A stretch of 64,000 bases of DNA from the human T2T-CHM13v2.0 reference genome, Homo sapiens. Shown here one piece after another: positions 25,801-49,046 of the stretch (position 1 is its first letter; each line of letters begins with the position of its first letter). The translations under genes and the position numbers were made by a program. The stretch is taken from assembly GCF_009914755.1 (NCBI RefSeq), contig NC_060935.1, one strand, 5' to 3'. The notes below the pieces were generated by a model. It was not told the DNA's origin, did no database searches, and was given only the letters and a program-made list of their open reading frames with translations.

Positions 25801-28454
25801 AATTCAGCCTTTTGGAAACACTCTTTTTGTCCATTCTGTGAGTGGACATTTGGGAGCTCACTGAGGGTAATAGTGAAAAAGCAATTATCCCAGCATAAAA
25901 ACTAGAAGGAAGCTATCTGAGAAACTGCTTTGTGATGTATGTGTTCAATGCAGAGAGAGAAAATTTTCTTTTCATTCAGCAGCTTGGAAACACTGTTTTT
26001 GTAGAAACTGGGAGTACATTGAGGTGTATGGTGAAAGAGGAATCATCTTCATATAAAAACTAGAAAGAAACTTTCCAAGAAACTGTTTTGTGATGTGTGC
26101 ATTCATCTCATAAAGTTAAAATTTTCTTCGAATTCAGCAGTTTGGAAACAGTGTTTTTGTCCATCCTGTGAATGAACTCTTTGGAACTCATTGAAGCCAA
26201 TGGCAAAAAAGTGAATATCCCAGGATAAAAACTAGGAGTAAGGAATCAGAGAAACGGTTTTGTGATGTGTGCATTCATCTCACAGAGGTAAACTTTTCTT
26301 TTCATTCAACAGTTTGGAAACACTGTTTTTCTAGAATCTGTGAAGGAATATTTGGGAATGCATTGATGCTTATAGTGAAAAAGGAAACATCTGCAGAAGA
26401 AAACTAGAAAGAAGTTTTCTGGGAAACTGCTTTTTGATGTGTGCATTCATCTCAGAGATTTAAACCTTTCTTTGGATTCTGCAGTGTGGAAAATCCGTTT
26501 ATGTCCATTCTGCGAATGGATATGTGGGAGCTCATTGATACCAATGGCAAAAAAGTGAATATCCCAGGAAAAAATCAAGCAGGATCCTATCTGAGGAACC
26601 GCTTTCTGATGTGTGCATTCATCACAGAGAGTTAAGACTTTCCTTTCATTCAGCAGTTTGGAAACACTACTTTTGTGCAATGTGCAAAGGGATATTAAGG
26701 AGCTCATTGAGGTCTACTGTGAAAAAGGAATCATCTTCAGATAAAAAATAGAACGAAGCTTTATGAGGAACTGCTTTGTGATGTGTGCATTCATCTCATA
26801 GAGTTGAAACATTCTTTGGATTCAGCAGTTTGGAAACAATGTTTTTGTCCATTCTGTCAATGGACATTTGGTATCTCATTGAGGCCAATGGTGAAAAAGC
26901 AAATATCTCAGGATAAAAACTAGAAAGAAGCTATCTGAGGAACCACTTTGGATATGTGCATTCATCTCATGGAGTTAAACCTTTCTATTCATTCAGCAGT
27001 TTGGAAAAGCTGTTTTTGACATCTTCTGCAAAGAGATATTTTGGAGTTCATTGTGGCCTATGGTGAAAAAGGAAACATCATCAGATAAAAACTAGAAGGA
27101 AGCTTTCTGAGAAACTGCTTGGGATGTGTGCATTCCTCTCACAGAATCAAACATTTCTTTGGATTCAGTAGTTTGAAAACACCTTTTTTATCCATTCTGT
27201 GAATGGAGAATTTGGAGATCATTGAGGTTAATGGGGAAAAAGTGAGTATCCCAGCATTAAAGCTAGAAGGAAGGTATCTGAGAAACTGCTTTGTGAGCTG
27301 TGCATTCACCTCACAGAGTTAAACCTTTCTTTTCATGCAGCAGTTTGGAAGCACTATTTTTGTAGAATCTGCAATGGGATATTTGGGAGACATTGAGGTC
27401 TATGGTGAAAAAGGAAACATCTTCAGATAAAAACTAGAAAGAAGCTTTTTGAGAAACTGCTTTGTGATGTGTGCATTCTTCTCACAGAGTTAAACTTTTT
27501 CTTTAATCAACAGTTTGTAAAGTCTCTTTTTGTCCATTCTGCAAATGGACTTTTCGGAACTCATTGAGGCCAAATGTGAAAAAGCCAGTATCTCTGGATA
27601 AAAACTAGAAGTTAGCTTTCTGAGAAATTGCTTTGTGATGTGTACATTCATCTCACAGAGTTAAACCTTTCTATTCAGTCAGCAATTTATAAACAATGTT
27701 TTGGAATCTTATGTGAAGGGATATTTGGGTGCACATTTAGGCCTATGGTGAAAAAGGAAATATCTTCAGAAAAAAACTATAAAGAAGTTTTCAAAGAAAC
27801 TGCTTTGCTTTGGCATGTGTGCATTCATCTTGCAGAGTTAAATCTTTTTATTTAACAATTTGGAAACACTGTTTTTGTATTATCTGTGAAGGGATATTTT
27901 GGTACACATTGAGGCCTGTGGTGAAAAATTAAACATCTTCAGATAAAAACTAAAAATATGATTTGTGAGAAACTCTTTTGTGATGCGTGCATTCATATCA
28001 CAGAGTTAAACCTTTCTGTTTATTCACCAGTTTGAAAACACTGTTTTTGTCCATTCTGGGAATGAACATTTTGGATCTCCTTGTGGCCAGTGGTGAAAAG
28101 CCAAATATCCCAGGATAAAAACCAGAAGAAAGCTATCTGAGAAACAATTCTGTATGTGTGTGCCTTCATTTCTCTGAGATAAACCTTTCTTTTCATTCAG
28201 CAGTATGGATACACTGTTTTTGTGGAAACTGCGAAGGGATATTTAGGAGCATATTGAGGCCTACAGCGAAAAAAGAAATTTCTTCAGATAAAAACAAGAA
28301 AGAAGTTTCTGAGAAACAGCTTTGTGATGTGTGCATTCCTCTCACAAAGTTAAACTTTTCTTTGGGTTCAGCAGTTTGCATACACTATTTTTCCCATTAT
28401 GCAAATGGACATTTTTGTGTTCATTGAGGCCAATGGCAAAACAGCAAATATCCC
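22866..28454 (+). repeat. Diverged alpha satellite, block 3a (forward)
   Basis: Forward monomers resume at tttctgagaaactgctttgtg (~22868) and run to the proviral TSD. Confidence 0.97.
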
Positions 28455-29525
28455 TATTGGGGAACCTGTCCTGATATTCATGTAAGTTCTTTTCTATATT
28501 CCTTAACCATTGGCCAGCTTGAGAAATAAAGGGACAGAGTACAAAAGAGAGAAATTTTAAAGCTGGGCATCTGGGGGAGACATCACATATCAGTAGGTTC
28601 CCTGATGTCCCAGAAGCAGCAAAAACCAGCAAGATTTTTTAGGGATTTTCAAAAGGGGAGGGAGTGTGCGAATAGGTGTGGGTCACAGACATCAAGTACT
28701 TTACAAGGTAATAGAATATATCACAAAGCAAGTGGAGGCAGGGCAAGATCACAGGACCACAGGACCGAGGGGAAATTAAAATTGCTAATGAAGTTTCAGG
28801 CACCATTGCCATTGATAACATCTTATCAGGAGACAGGGTTTTAAAATCAACCGGTCTGACCAAAATTTAATAGGTGGGAATTTCCTCCTCCTAATAAGCC
28901 TGGGAGTGCTATGGGAGACTGAAGTCTATTTCATCTCTGCAGTCTCGACCATAAGAGGCAGGCATGCCTTGGGGGCTGTTTATAACCCTATACCTCCAGG
29001 CACGTATTCTGCTTCTCAGGGATGTTCCTTGCTGGGAAAAAGAATTCAGCGATATTTCTCCCATTTGCTTTTGGAAGAAGAGAGATATGGCTCTGTTCCA
29101 CCTGGCTCACTGGCAGTCAGAATTTAAGGTTATCTCTCTTATTCCCTGAACAATTGCTGTTATCCTGTACTTTTTTTAAGGTGCCCAGACTTCATATTGC
29201 TCAAACACACATGCTGTACAATTTGTGCAGTTAACGCGATTATCACATGGTCCCGAAGTGACGGACATCCTCCTCAGCTGACAGGATTAAGAGATTAATA
29301 CAAAGACAGGCATAGGAAATTGCAAGGTTATTGATTGGGGAAGTGATAAGTGTCCAGGAAATCTTTACAATTTATGTTTAGATATTGCAGTAAAGACAGG
29401 CCTAAGAAATTATAAAAGTATTAATTTGGGGAACTGATAAATGTCCATGAAATCTTCAAAATCCACGTTCTTCTGCCATGGCTTCAGCTGGTCCCTCTGT
29501 TTGGGGTCCCTGACTTCCCACAACA
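28455..29525 (-). mobile_element. 3' LTR (MER11-type, 1071 bp)
   Basis: Direct repeat of 35454-36521; adjacent to the polypurine tract; contains an internal duplicated aaagacaggc...tgtcca.gaaatctt unit. Confidence 0.93.
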
Positions 29526-31600
29526 TCTCTCCCTTTCTTTTTATATAAATGTGCCATGGCGATGAAGGCTTGTTCATTCTCCTGATTTTGATGCAGGATT
29601 CTTTGACTAGTCCAGCACACTAAAAGCAAGCTGATTAAACAGAGAAACATATTTCCAAAATTTACTACAGTGGAGCACCCAATAGACTTAATCCAAGTCG
29701 TGGGGTTTAATCCATAAAGATTTTCTGCCACCTGATCTAAAGCCTCAGATCCAGGCACAATGGGTAAGTGAGCTTGAGAGGTTTCAAAAATTTGTTACTT
29801 TAATTTAGTTACATCCAATGATAAATTATCTTCTCTACCTAGAAGGTGTCTTTTGACCATTGCCCATGAATGATCAGTCTCATTATAGGAATATGGGGTG
29901 ATGCAGAAATCCAAAGTTTTCCAATCACACTACATTTGCATGTGATACTCGAGACTCACTACCCAATCTCCAAGCCAACTAACAGACTGTCTTAAATCAT
30001 TAATTTGATTTGCCTATTTTTGATTGGTGCCTTGTTGAGAATTCCACATTTGGGTGGAATTGGCTTGCCAATCATTAACAAAATGAGTGGTTTGAATGGA
30101 TTGGTGTAATGCCATTCCGGGATTGGTTGCCATTGCAGTGACTGTAATTAGGTCCATGATAACAGCAACTAAAGTGAAGACAAATCTCTTAGATCTTTTA
30201 AGAATTCGCTGTAACACTTCATTAATTAAATGTATTGACAGGGAGGATTCTCAAGATCTAGGTAAAGTTACCAGAATCCAGATTCCTTCTAGAGCTTGAA
30301 CCAACATTACACTTTTCCTGGAGTCAAAATGGGAGTTAATGCAAGTGTATAGATGATACCTGATGCATTGGACAGTTTGATTATTCAACCAAATTTTGAT
30401 ACTTCCTACTAACAGCAAGTAAGGGGGCTTAACACAACTCTGTATGGGAACACTCAGGTTGGAGGTAAGTAAAGCAGAATGTCTGGGTCTACATTGATAC
30501 TGAGAGAGTGGGATGGTAGTGGGAACAACAGTCAGAATAGTTTTCCCTTCCCATACTCGCAGTCTAGACATGGCAATAGCCAATTTCTAAAGTTCTGGGT
30601 GTTCTGGGCTCAGAATGGGGAGTTTCATATGAAGCCTGGTGGGTAATGCCTTTATCTTCCTATTTTAAGGGAAAGAATGAGCTGAACCTCCTATGCAAAG
30701 TAGAATGATGATTCGCGTTCTCCTGATAAGAAATAAAATAATTAGCCTCCAGACATTCCCTTCTGCCAGAGGAACAATGGTTTTTTAAATAGCCCTTTGG
30801 TGCCCAGTTTATTACTAAACCATACGAGTCATTTTTTAATATTACTGCACGTGAGTTAACACAATCTTCCCAAATTAAAATTTTAGATGGGCCCTCAAAA
30901 TTTTTAGGGCATGGTTTTTCTGCAGGTTTATATTGAAAGTGTGGGGCACCTCCCATTACTCCTCCTTACATTTGTTTTAAAGGAGAAAGAGAGAGGCCAG
31001 ATACCAAATGTCCCATTTTATCTGTAGCTCAACTTTCTGGAAGTTAAGCAGCCCAGACTTGAGTTTCTAGATGGTTGCAACCAGCTGCATGTCTGAGGCA
31101 CAGAGGGGGGTATTTATAACCCATGGTAACATTAAATGCAATGCCTTGTTCTCCTGGTTGAGCAGGGCAACGTTTATCTGTAGCTCCAGGTATCCACACA
31201 CTATTGTTAGTGTAGATTTCTGCTGCAGCCTCTATCCAGGTGAGAGGTCGAATAAGTGGAGGAAAAGGCACATAAGCCCAATAAGAATAATTATGTGTAG
31301 CAGGTAAATCAGTGTGAGAGGACACTGGTGAGACAGAAAATATAAGGAGGAGAATCATTAAATTAAACCTAGTGTAAGTGAGATTTAGTGCTGAAGGAGG
31401 AAGAGAAGAACAGAGAGACGTTATTTTCAGGCTAATAGAAATGATGAGATTTTTAGGTTTTTAAGGAGAAAAAGAAAGGTAATCAGGAGAAGTGTGATTA
31501 GTTAGATGGGTCTCCATTGCCATCAGGGAGGACTGATTTACACCCATTGTGATTTGGTGTGCCTGTCTCTGAGGAGTTGGCACAGATCTCACCACGTCTG
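29456..31600 (-). pseudogene. env: Disrupted betaretroviral env (SU+TM); 5' limit approximate
   Basis: ORF pieces: 31044-31358 (hydrophobic leader and YWAYVPFPPLIRPLTW), 30660-30956, 30251-30583, 30014-30217 (furin site RSKR followed by fusion peptide [17 protein letters not shown]), 29456-29758 (TM helix, tail running through the PPT into the LTR); broken by stops and frameshifts. Confidence 0.9.
29526..29544 (-). promoter_or_regulatory. Polypurine tract (PPT)
   Basis: Minus strand ATAAAAAGAAAGGGAGAGA immediately upstream of the 3' LTR start TGTTG. Confidence 0.9.
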
Positions 31601-31619
31601 AAGGCAGTCTCTGACACAG

Positions 31620-34147
31620 ACGTTTTTTATTGTGGTGTTCATTGTCAATATTCACCCAAAGCTTGAGTCTTCTGGTGGGTACCCAGACAGGGGATTGATG
31701 ACGTCCTGGTGAAACACAAGCATTTCCTCTTCCCCACGTTATAATTGTGCCAGGTTCCCAGGTATTGTTTGGGAGTTTTTCCATAATACTGGCTTGCCTT
31801 CATTTTAGGTGAATTTTTTGCCTGTAATATGGCGTGTGGCTGCAGTTAATTATCTTTAGGAACATTTTTTAAAAAAATTAAGGTAAACAATGCCAAATGT
31901 AATTGGGAGTGTGGAGTAGTTAAATCATGTTTTGGTTGTTCTGACTGTTTGGACAATTGGGTTTTTAAACTGTGATTGTCCTGTTCCACCACAGCCTGTC
32001 CCTGAGGATTGTAAGGGATTCCAGTGATATGGGAAAGTCCCCACTGTTGCACAAATGAATCAAAAACCTTACTAACATATCCAGGGGCATTGTCTGTCTT
32101 TATTTGATATGGAAGCCCCATAACTTCAAAGCAAGAATACACGTAGTTTTTAACATGAGCTATGCCTTCCCCTGTTTGGCAAGTAGCCCAGATAAAACCT
32201 GAGAAAGTATCTAAAGAGTCATGCAAATATGAAAGTCTGCCAAAAGAGCTAACATGAGTCACATCCATTTGCCATAAAGCATTAAGAGTTAGGCCTCTAG
32301 GATTAACACCAGGTTCCTGATTTGGAAGTACAAAGAACTGGCACTGAGGACAGCTGTGAACAATAAACTTACCTGTTTCCAGGTAAGAGCAAATTTATCT
32401 TTTAATCCAGTCGCATTGACCTGAGTAAGATGATGGAACTCTTGAGCTTCTTGGGTTGTAAAAGAGACCAAACAGTCGACTTTATGGTTACTGGCAGACA
32501 TGGGTCCTGGTAAAGTGGTATGAGACCTAATATGTGTACTATAGAAAGTTTGTCTACGTTGGTGAACCACCTGTTGTAACCTTGAAAATAAAGAAGCCAA
32601 TTCAGAATTATCAATATGTTTGATAGTAGCAGTTTCTATACTTTTAGTAGCATGTACTACATAAGTGGAATCTGAGACAATATTTAAAGGTTTTGGAAAA
32701 TCCTGTAAAGCAGTAATCACAGCAATTTACTCCACCTTTTGAGCAGAAGTATAAGAGGTAGAAATAAGCTTGTCTGTAGGACCTATATAGCCAGAATTGC
32801 CATTACTGGACCCATCAGTGAACACTGTAATGGCCTCAGGAATGGGTTGATTTTGGGTTAATTGAGGAACCACCCAAGACGTTATTTTTATAAAATTAAA
32901 TAATTTGATTTTTGGATAATGATTGTCAATAACTCCAATAAAATCAGCCAAGTGAATTTGCAACAGTACAGAATGTTGAAAGGCAGCTTGAACTTCAAGC
33001 CAATTTAAAGGAACTACAATTATATTTGGATCAAGTCCAGAAATATGAAGTACTCTGCACCGAGCCTGTCCAATTAACATGGCTATTTGGCATAGATAAA
33101 CAGACAAAGTTTTTTGACACAGAATGAGGAAGAAAACACCACTCCACTAAATCATTATGTTGAACAATTAGTCCAATAGGGGAGTGTAATGAAGCAAAAA
33201 CCAGAAGCTGAAGGGGCTGAAATGGCCGTACTCTAGATAACTGGGTGGTCTGGAATCTTTCCTCTACAAATTCCTTTTCTCATAAAGCCACAGGGGTCAA
33301 AGTCCTGGGGCTGTGGAGATCAGAATCTCCCCGCAGCATAGAGAACAAGTTAGATAGTGTATAGGTCGGAATGCCTAAAGTAGGTTTTAATAATTAATGT
33401 TATCCAAAAGTTTTTGGAAGTCACTTAAAGTTTTTAAAGAATCTCTGCTAATTTGAACTTTTTGAGGTTGAATACATTGTTTATTGACCACCATTCCTAA
33501 AGGTTGAATACATTGTTTATCGACCACCGTTCCTAAATATTGAACAGGAGTGGTCTGTTGAATTTTATCCTGAGTGATGTGTACTCCAGCCTCTGTAACA
33601 CAGCAGCTCAAAATTTGGTAACATTCATTTAATTGTTTATCAGTGGGGGCAGCTATTAAAATGTCATTGATATAATGAAGAATATAGGCCTCGGGAAATT
33701 GGGCTCGAACTGGTGAAAGCACTTGTCCAACATAAAGCTGGCAGATTGTAGGGCTATTTAGCATTCCCTGAGGAAATACTTTCCATTGATAATGAGCTGC
33801 AGGCTCCTGATTATTGATAGATGGCACAGTAAAAGCAAATTTTTCACAATCCAATTTATGTAAAGCAATATAAAAAAATCTTTAAGATCAATAACTATGA
33901 AAGGCCAATCTTTAGGTATTAAAGCAGGGGCAGGCATGCCAGCTTGGACGTCCCCCATAGGTTTAATTACAGCATTAATGGCCCTTAAATTGGTTACCGT
34001 GTGCCATTTGCCTGATTTCGTTTTTACTAGGAACACAGGAGAATTCCAAGGGGAAAGAGAAGTTTCCACATTTCCTAGTTGCAACTGCTCAGAAACCAAA
34101 TGATTTAAAGCCTCTAGTTTTTCTTTAGAGAGCAGCCACTGCTGAAT
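31620..34147 (-). pseudogene. pol: Disrupted pol (RT-RNase H-integrase)
   Basis: RT: [31 protein letters not shown] (decayed YxDD); RNase H: VFTDGSS, NIVSDS, HIRSH; IN: MDVTH...TDNAPGY...QGQAVVE (D,D35E), C-terminal [11 protein letters not shown]...VWVP; several frameshifts. Confidence 0.95.
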
Positions 34148-34210
34148 CCCAAGGCCACGTGTCTTATCTCCTTTGTTTAAAATGATATTAGGTAGTAAAA
34201 GAAATTGAGC
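34148..34210 (-). pseudogene. 63-bp remnant of the dUTPase/pro ORF
   Basis: [21 protein letters not shown] resembles the betaretroviral dUTPase C-terminus (IAQLLLLP...RG.GFGS); flanked by gag CA and RT sequence. Confidence 0.7.
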
Positions 34211-35297
34211 TTGTTTAACAGTAGTAAAAGAAACAGGAGCTTGGCCTGGGGAGTGTAATTTATCCCAAGGTCTCATACACAGCTTTGTTACTTGTTTTCT
34301 GGTAAGAGTATGAAAGTTTAATTGGGCATAAGCATGAGAGAAACTATCAGAGCTTGTGAGCTGAGCTTGAATAACTAGAATGCCATTACTCTGATTTAGC
34401 TGAGCCTGCAAACACGCCTGCTGTGACCACCAGGTATGGAATTGTAAATGCTGAGATGGGGTTAGAACAACTTTTGCCAAAATGTCACAATCTAAAGGGA
34501 GCAAAACGACCTCGCTACAAAAAGGTTGCAAAACCATTTGAACATAAGGAAAAGTAGGACCTTAGCATCCTTAAATTGTTTTTAAAAAGGTAAGATTGAG
34601 CAGCGCATATCAATGCAGACCAGTTGAGGAACCAAAAAGACAGGAGGGTGAAGGGCTGTAGTGGATGGGGGACAGCATGGAGAATGATAGGTAAATTGTA
34701 GTTTGGTCCTGGAGCCATTAGCTGATGCCGTAGGTTTGAAGAGAGAAGAATTAGCATATCTATGGTACCGAGTTGTGTGAATCGTGGCTGCAGGAGTTTC
34801 AAGTACTGGCTCTTCATGAAAAGAAGTAAGAAAATAGGGGGTAATTTTAAGCCAGAGTTACCAGAGTTTGACATTGAATTTTCAGCATCATTAGGTGGGG
34901 GAGGAGTATCCAAAGGGAGAGGCTGATCAGATAATGAAGGCCATGCAGGAAAGGAAGGTTGAGGAAAAGGTGGAAGATCATCAGATTCAGAAAACTGTGG
35001 TAACTGTAGGGGGTCATGGAATTGTTATGTCATCAGAACAGCATATACCAAAGCCCAGCAACTCCAAACAGTTACAGGAACATAATTCCCTTCTGAGACC
35101 AGTTTCTGGGATGCTTTACCAACACAATTACACAATTTTATATACACAGTTCCTTTTTCAGGAAACCAAGAGCAATATTTCAACACTGTCCTAAATAGAG
35201 CAATCATATTTTCTATGGTTACTCAGACAGTAACCTGTTTTAAGAGGAGTTTAATACAGGAGAGCTAAGCATGATGCTTAGACTCCACATGACCCAT
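34211..35297 (-). pseudogene. gag: Disrupted, 3'-truncated gag (MA to CA)
   Basis: ATG at 35297 (MGHVESKHHA*); MA motif YCSWFPEKGT; CA motifs [18 protein letters not shown] and PWDKL...SFTTVKQ; no NC zinc knuckles seen. Confidence 0.85.
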
Positions 35298-35433
35298 AGT
35301 TAACCCAGAGCTTACACAGACTACTCACCACTCATCAGGGAGTTGAACATGCATATCTGTGGACCAAGCTGATTGACGTTTCACCGCACCTACCAAAGGG
35401 AATTGGGTTCCCTCATGCACTTTGGGAAAAAGA

Positions 35434-35451
35434 AAGACAACGTGGGTTCCA
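35434..35451 (-). promoter_or_regulatory. Decayed primer-binding site (tRNA-Lys-like)
   Basis: Minus strand TGGAACCCACGTTGTCTT, 2 nt after the 5' LTR end; partial match to the Lys PBS TGGCGCCCAACGTGG. Confidence 0.65.
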
Positions 35452-35453
35452 GA

Positions 35454-36521
35454 TATTGGGGAACCTGCCTTGATATTCACATAGGTTCTTTTCTATTTAC
35501 TTAAGCATTGGCCAGCTTGAGAAATAAAGGGACAGAGTACAAAAGAGAGAAATTTTAAAGCTGGGTGTCCGGGGGAGACATCACATATCGGTAGGTTCTG
35601 TGATGCCTCACAAGCCATAAAAACCAGCCAGCTTTTATTAGGGATTTTCAAAAGGGGAAGGAGTGTGTGAATAGGTGTGGGTCACAGACATCAAGAACTT
35701 TACAAGGTAATAGAATATCACAAGGCAAGTGGAGGCAGGGCAAGATCACAGGACCACAGGACTGAGGCAAAATTAAAATTGCTAATGAAGTTTCGGGCAC
35801 CATTGTCATTGATAACATCTTATCAAGAGACAGGGTTTTGAGATCAACCAGTCTTAAAAAATTTGTTGGGTGGGAATTTCCTCCTCTTAATAAGCCTGGG
35901 AGCGCTATGGGAGACTGGAGTCTATTTCAACTCTGCAGTCTTGACCATAAGAGGCAAGCACGCCACTGGGCCTGTTTATAAGCCTATACCTCCAGGCATA
36001 TATTCTCCTTCTCAGGTGTATTCCTTGCTGAGAAAAAGAATTCAGCAATATTTCTCCGATTTGCTTTTGAAAGAAGAGAAATATGCCTCTGTTCTGCCCA
36101 GCTCACTGGCAGTCAGAATTTAAGGTTATCTCTCTTATTCCCTGAACAACTGCTGTTATCCTGTTCTTTTTTTAAAGTGCCCAGATTTCATATTGCTCAA
36201 ACACACATGCTGTACAATTTGTGCAGTTAACGCGATTATCACATGGTCCCGAAGTGACACACATCCTCCTCAGCTGACAGGATTAAGAGATTAAAATAAA
36301 GACAGGCATAGGAAATCACAAGGTTATTGATTGGGGAAGTGATAAGTGTCCAGGAAATCTTTACAATTTATGTTTAGAGATTGCAGTAAAGACAGGCCTA
36401 AGAAATTATAAAAGTATTAATTTGGGGAACTAATACATGTCCATGAAATCTTCACAATCCATGTTCTTCTGCCATGGTTTCAGCCGGTCCCTCTGTTTGG
36501 GGTCCCTGACTTCCCGTAACA
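35454..36521 (-). mobile_element. 5' LTR (MER11-type, 1068 bp)
   Basis: Direct repeat of 28455-29525; followed by the PBS; AATAAA on the minus strand at 35634-35639. Confidence 0.93.

Positions 36522-49046
<12,525 letters not shown>

Larger units (their letters stand above)
28455..36521 (-). mobile_element. HERV-K11 (HML-8)-type endogenous betaretrovirus provirus, two LTRs, internally deleted, non-coding
   Basis: Two ~1.07-kb direct repeats beginning (minus strand) TGTT(G/A)(T/C)GGGAAGTCAGGGACCCC, as in MER11 LTRs; internal order PBS-gag-(dut)-pol-env-PPT; 6-bp TSD tatccc (28449-28454) / tattcc (36522-36527) which restores the alpha monomer aaatatcccag.at.aaaactag. Confidence 0.93.

Noticed and set aside
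28342-29234. Cluster of short ORFs in the LTR (also 35863-36123) as a sag/rec-like accessory gene
   Set aside because: The ORFs differ between the two LTR copies, lie mostly antisense to the provirus and have no recognisable motif.
29456-35297. Functional or co-opted env/pol/gag
   Set aside because: Multiple stops and frameshifts, YxDD changed to YIND, protease and NC absent.
29526-35453. APOBEC3 G-to-A hypermutation
   Set aside because: Many Trp codons are intact, and the visible changes fit CpG decay; it cannot be supported without a consensus alignment.
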